Source: Macrostomum hystrix
Lineage: Eukaryota > Animalia > Platyhelminthes
DNA: 64,000 nucleotides
Direction: 5' to 3'
NCBI GenBank assembly: GCA_950097015.1
Contig: CATNEN010000033.1
Location: 4,216,001 to 4,280,000, forward strand
This document shows positions 61,730-64,000 of this stretch, piece by piece. Numbering within the stretch: the first letter of the stretch is position 1; each line of letters begins with the position of its first letter. The notes beneath the pieces were generated by a model that saw nothing but the letters and a program-made list of their open reading frames with translations, made no database searches and was not told the origin of the DNA. Position numbers and translations under genes: made by a program.

Positions 61730-62330
61730 CTTGTTACTCAGTGGGCTCCTCTTGACAAGTGCTGCTATTGTATTTCTGCCATGCCGCCTGAATCTTGGCC
61801 TTGCGGCATCTGTAGACTAGCCTGACTTGTCTTCCAGGCCTGCCAGTAGCTTGCAGCTATCGAGACTGCAGAACTGCAAGGGCAGCCTGTTGCAATAGGA
61901 GCTCAGCCAAGGCATAGAGATTCAAGTTGCCATTCCTCACTCTTCGGTTTAGAGCCATATGCCAGCCCTCCACAGAGTTATTTGTCCGCTCCCTCTTGCC
62001 GTGGACAGAGAGTTCTTCCAAGCTCCACACGCTACTCGGCAGCCAGGTCACGTCCACATAGAGGCACAGAGAAACCAGCGCCTCTGTATTCACTTTGTCG
62101 GCAAGAGCGCCAAACGCAGTGTAAATGTGTTCGGCTGGGAGGAAGATGAGGGCCATCAGCTGCTTGCAGAACAGTCACATGCCCTTATCCACAGCATATG
62201 ACGTAGCAAGGCCGAGCTCTTGAACTTTTTGAAAGATGCTCTGTGCGAAGTGGAAAGAGCAGCCCTGCAGCTCAGCCCTCAGGCAGGTATGATGCAGAGC
62301 CTCCCACATTGCAGCCTCAAAGTCCTTTTG
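61730..62330 (-). mobile_element. Mutator-like (MULE) DDE transposase remnant, C-terminal half, pseudogenized
   Basis: One frame reads DFEAAMWEAL...LQGCSFHFAQSIFQKVQELGL...*...LMALIFLP...ERTNNSVEGWHMALN, with in-frame stops at 62177-62175 and 61859-61857. DFE, CxFHxxQ and RTNNxxEGWH are MULE hallmarks. Confidence 0.85.
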
Positions 62331-63532
62331 ACAGACAAGACAGAAATCAGACATTTCAATTATCCAGGCACGCAAATGTGGTGTGCAATGGCAATGAGTT
62401 GCATACACTATATATATGTGGTTCAAAGTGAAAAGATTTTTTTGCGCAATATTTTGTCGTTTGATTGATTGTTTTACTGATTTAGGCTGTTCTAAGAATC
62501 TAAGTCTCGTTAAACTTGAGTTTCCAGCAGACGAAAAGTTTAACGCAAAATAGTTTGTTCGTCTGCCCAGCAGACAAACTGGCGGCAGACGAAAAGAGTG
62601 GCACCCGGTTTATGTTAAATAAACTGCTAAGTTTATTGCTTCTCTCAAGCCATAGAGGGTTGATTCAGCCAACTTTTAAGTTAGTGGTTAATACTGTGGT
62701 AGTGTTTCTACTTGCTAAGTCCTTGATCTTAGCAGTTTAATTCTCAATCTGCTTGAGTGGTTTATTATAAGGCACTGAGTCCTGGTTTTTTAAACTCTAG
62801 TCTTGCTGGGCTTCTAATGACTAAGGATCATGGCTAAATAACTAACTCTTGAACTAACTATCTACATATAGTTCAATGCTTCAATAATCTCTTATACACA
62901 TGATTATGAAGTGAGACATGGCTGACAGGGGTCAGACAAGGTTGGTTTCTCCCTTCAAAATTCTTGTCCATTTAAAGTAGTTTGCTGATTCAAGTTAAAA
63001 AGAAATATTACTAATAACAAATAATAACAATGTTTTGACAAGGAGGCCTATTGCAAAAGCTTCAATGTAAGGTATAGTAAATATAACTAGATAATATTTT
63101 AAGGAGTATAAAACTAAAATTGTACAAAAGTAGATTTGGTGCCAATTAAAATAAAAATATTTTTTATGTGGGAAACCAAAAAATTGCCCCCAATTTAATT
63201 ATGTTATTTTTTATATTAGCACCCTTCCAAAATAAATGTTAAAAACCTATGGATGCATGTAAGAACTGAGAAATGTGCTCTCTTGCCTAGAACCTAGGAC
63301 AAAATATTTCATAATACAGCTATAAGCTGAAACTAAATTAAATGTTCCCCTTTGCTTTGCTTTTTGTTACCCAATTTCCTTTCTTTGGCAATTTTTTAAT
63401 AATAGACTTGACTATAGGTTTAAATTGTTAAAAAAGTATAGCTTACTATTGCTCCCAATTCCGTTTGTGTAGTTTAAAGCTGACTAAAAAAACCGCATAA
63501 TTGTTGGTTGCAGCTTCATTGAATCTGACATA

Positions 63533-64000
63533 ATGCCCCGAAAGCGTTCTGCCACAGCTGCTGCTGCTGCTGATGCCACTGACTCAGCTGACGCTGCACC
63601 TGCTCAGCGTCGCTCTGGCCGCTTGGCCTCCCGTCCGGCAGCGCCACCGCCAGCCGCCCCCGCTCCATCCCCAGCCAAGAAGAAGACTCCCGCGAAGCAG
63701 CGGCCGCCAGCCGCTAAAGCTTCAGCTGCTAAGGCTGGTGGCAAGGGCAAGATTAAAACTGCCGATACACCTGCCGCTGGCGAAGACTTTGAAGTGGTGA
63801 ATGGAGCCGATTTGCCTCCGCCCGACTCGGCCGAGGTGAAGGCCGCGGTTGCTGCCCAGGGCGCTGATGGCGAGCTGCTTGTCGACTTTGTTCAGGTGGC
63901 CAAGTCGGACCTGCCCTCCGCCGACTCGGCTGAAGTAGCCGCAGCTGCGGCCTCCGCTGACGCCGCCGCTGTTGTCAAAAATGGTTCCGGTGACACGGAG
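63533..64000 (+). CDS. 5' part of an Ala/Pro/Lys-rich, probably nuclear protein with an HMGN-like core (RRSGRL); runs off the window
   Basis: 156 open codons from ATG 63533 (MPRKRSATAAAAADATDSADAAPAQRRSGRLASRPAAPPPAAPAPSPAKKKTPAK...). Sharp AT-to-GC transition; acceptor TTGTTGGTTGCAG ending at 63513. Confidence 0.8.
   Translation, partial: MPRKRSATAAAAADATDSADAAPAQRRSGRLASRPAAPPPAAPAPSPAKKKTPAKQRPPAAKASAAKAGGKGKIKTADTPAAGEDFEVVNGADLPPPDSAEVKAAVAAQGADGELLVDFVQVAKSDLPSADSAEVAAAAASADAAAVVKNGSGDTE

Overview
Eukaryotic (metazoan) genomic DNA. GC-rich exons are separated by GT-AG introns, and about 23 kb (~35%, my hand tally) is minisatellite. This style suggests a free-living flatworm such as Macrostomum, which is an inference. 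Genes were reconstructed by hand with phase-consistent splice sites. On the minus strand: a 9-exon TEX14-like ankyrin + pseudokinase gene with a long GFG-repeat tail, and a closely spaced trio MYCBP -> PIH1D1 -> TARBP2/loquacious-like. On the plus strand: an intronless inducible Hsp70 with three HSEs and a TATA box, a 3-exon GPI-anchored Ly6/Quiver-like gene, a 4-exon ETS1/pointed-class factor, an intronless rhodopsin-type peptide GPCR, and the 5' end of an Ala/Pro/Lys-rich protein with an HMGN-like RRSGRL core. Decayed non-LTR retroelement and Mutator-like transposase remnants are also present. The most notable points are the invertebrate TEX14-like gene with an FG-rich tail and no GPPX3Y motif, a candidate trans-spliced operon, and the HMGN-like protein. 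All comparisons with known proteins are from memory and need BLAST/HMM confirmation.
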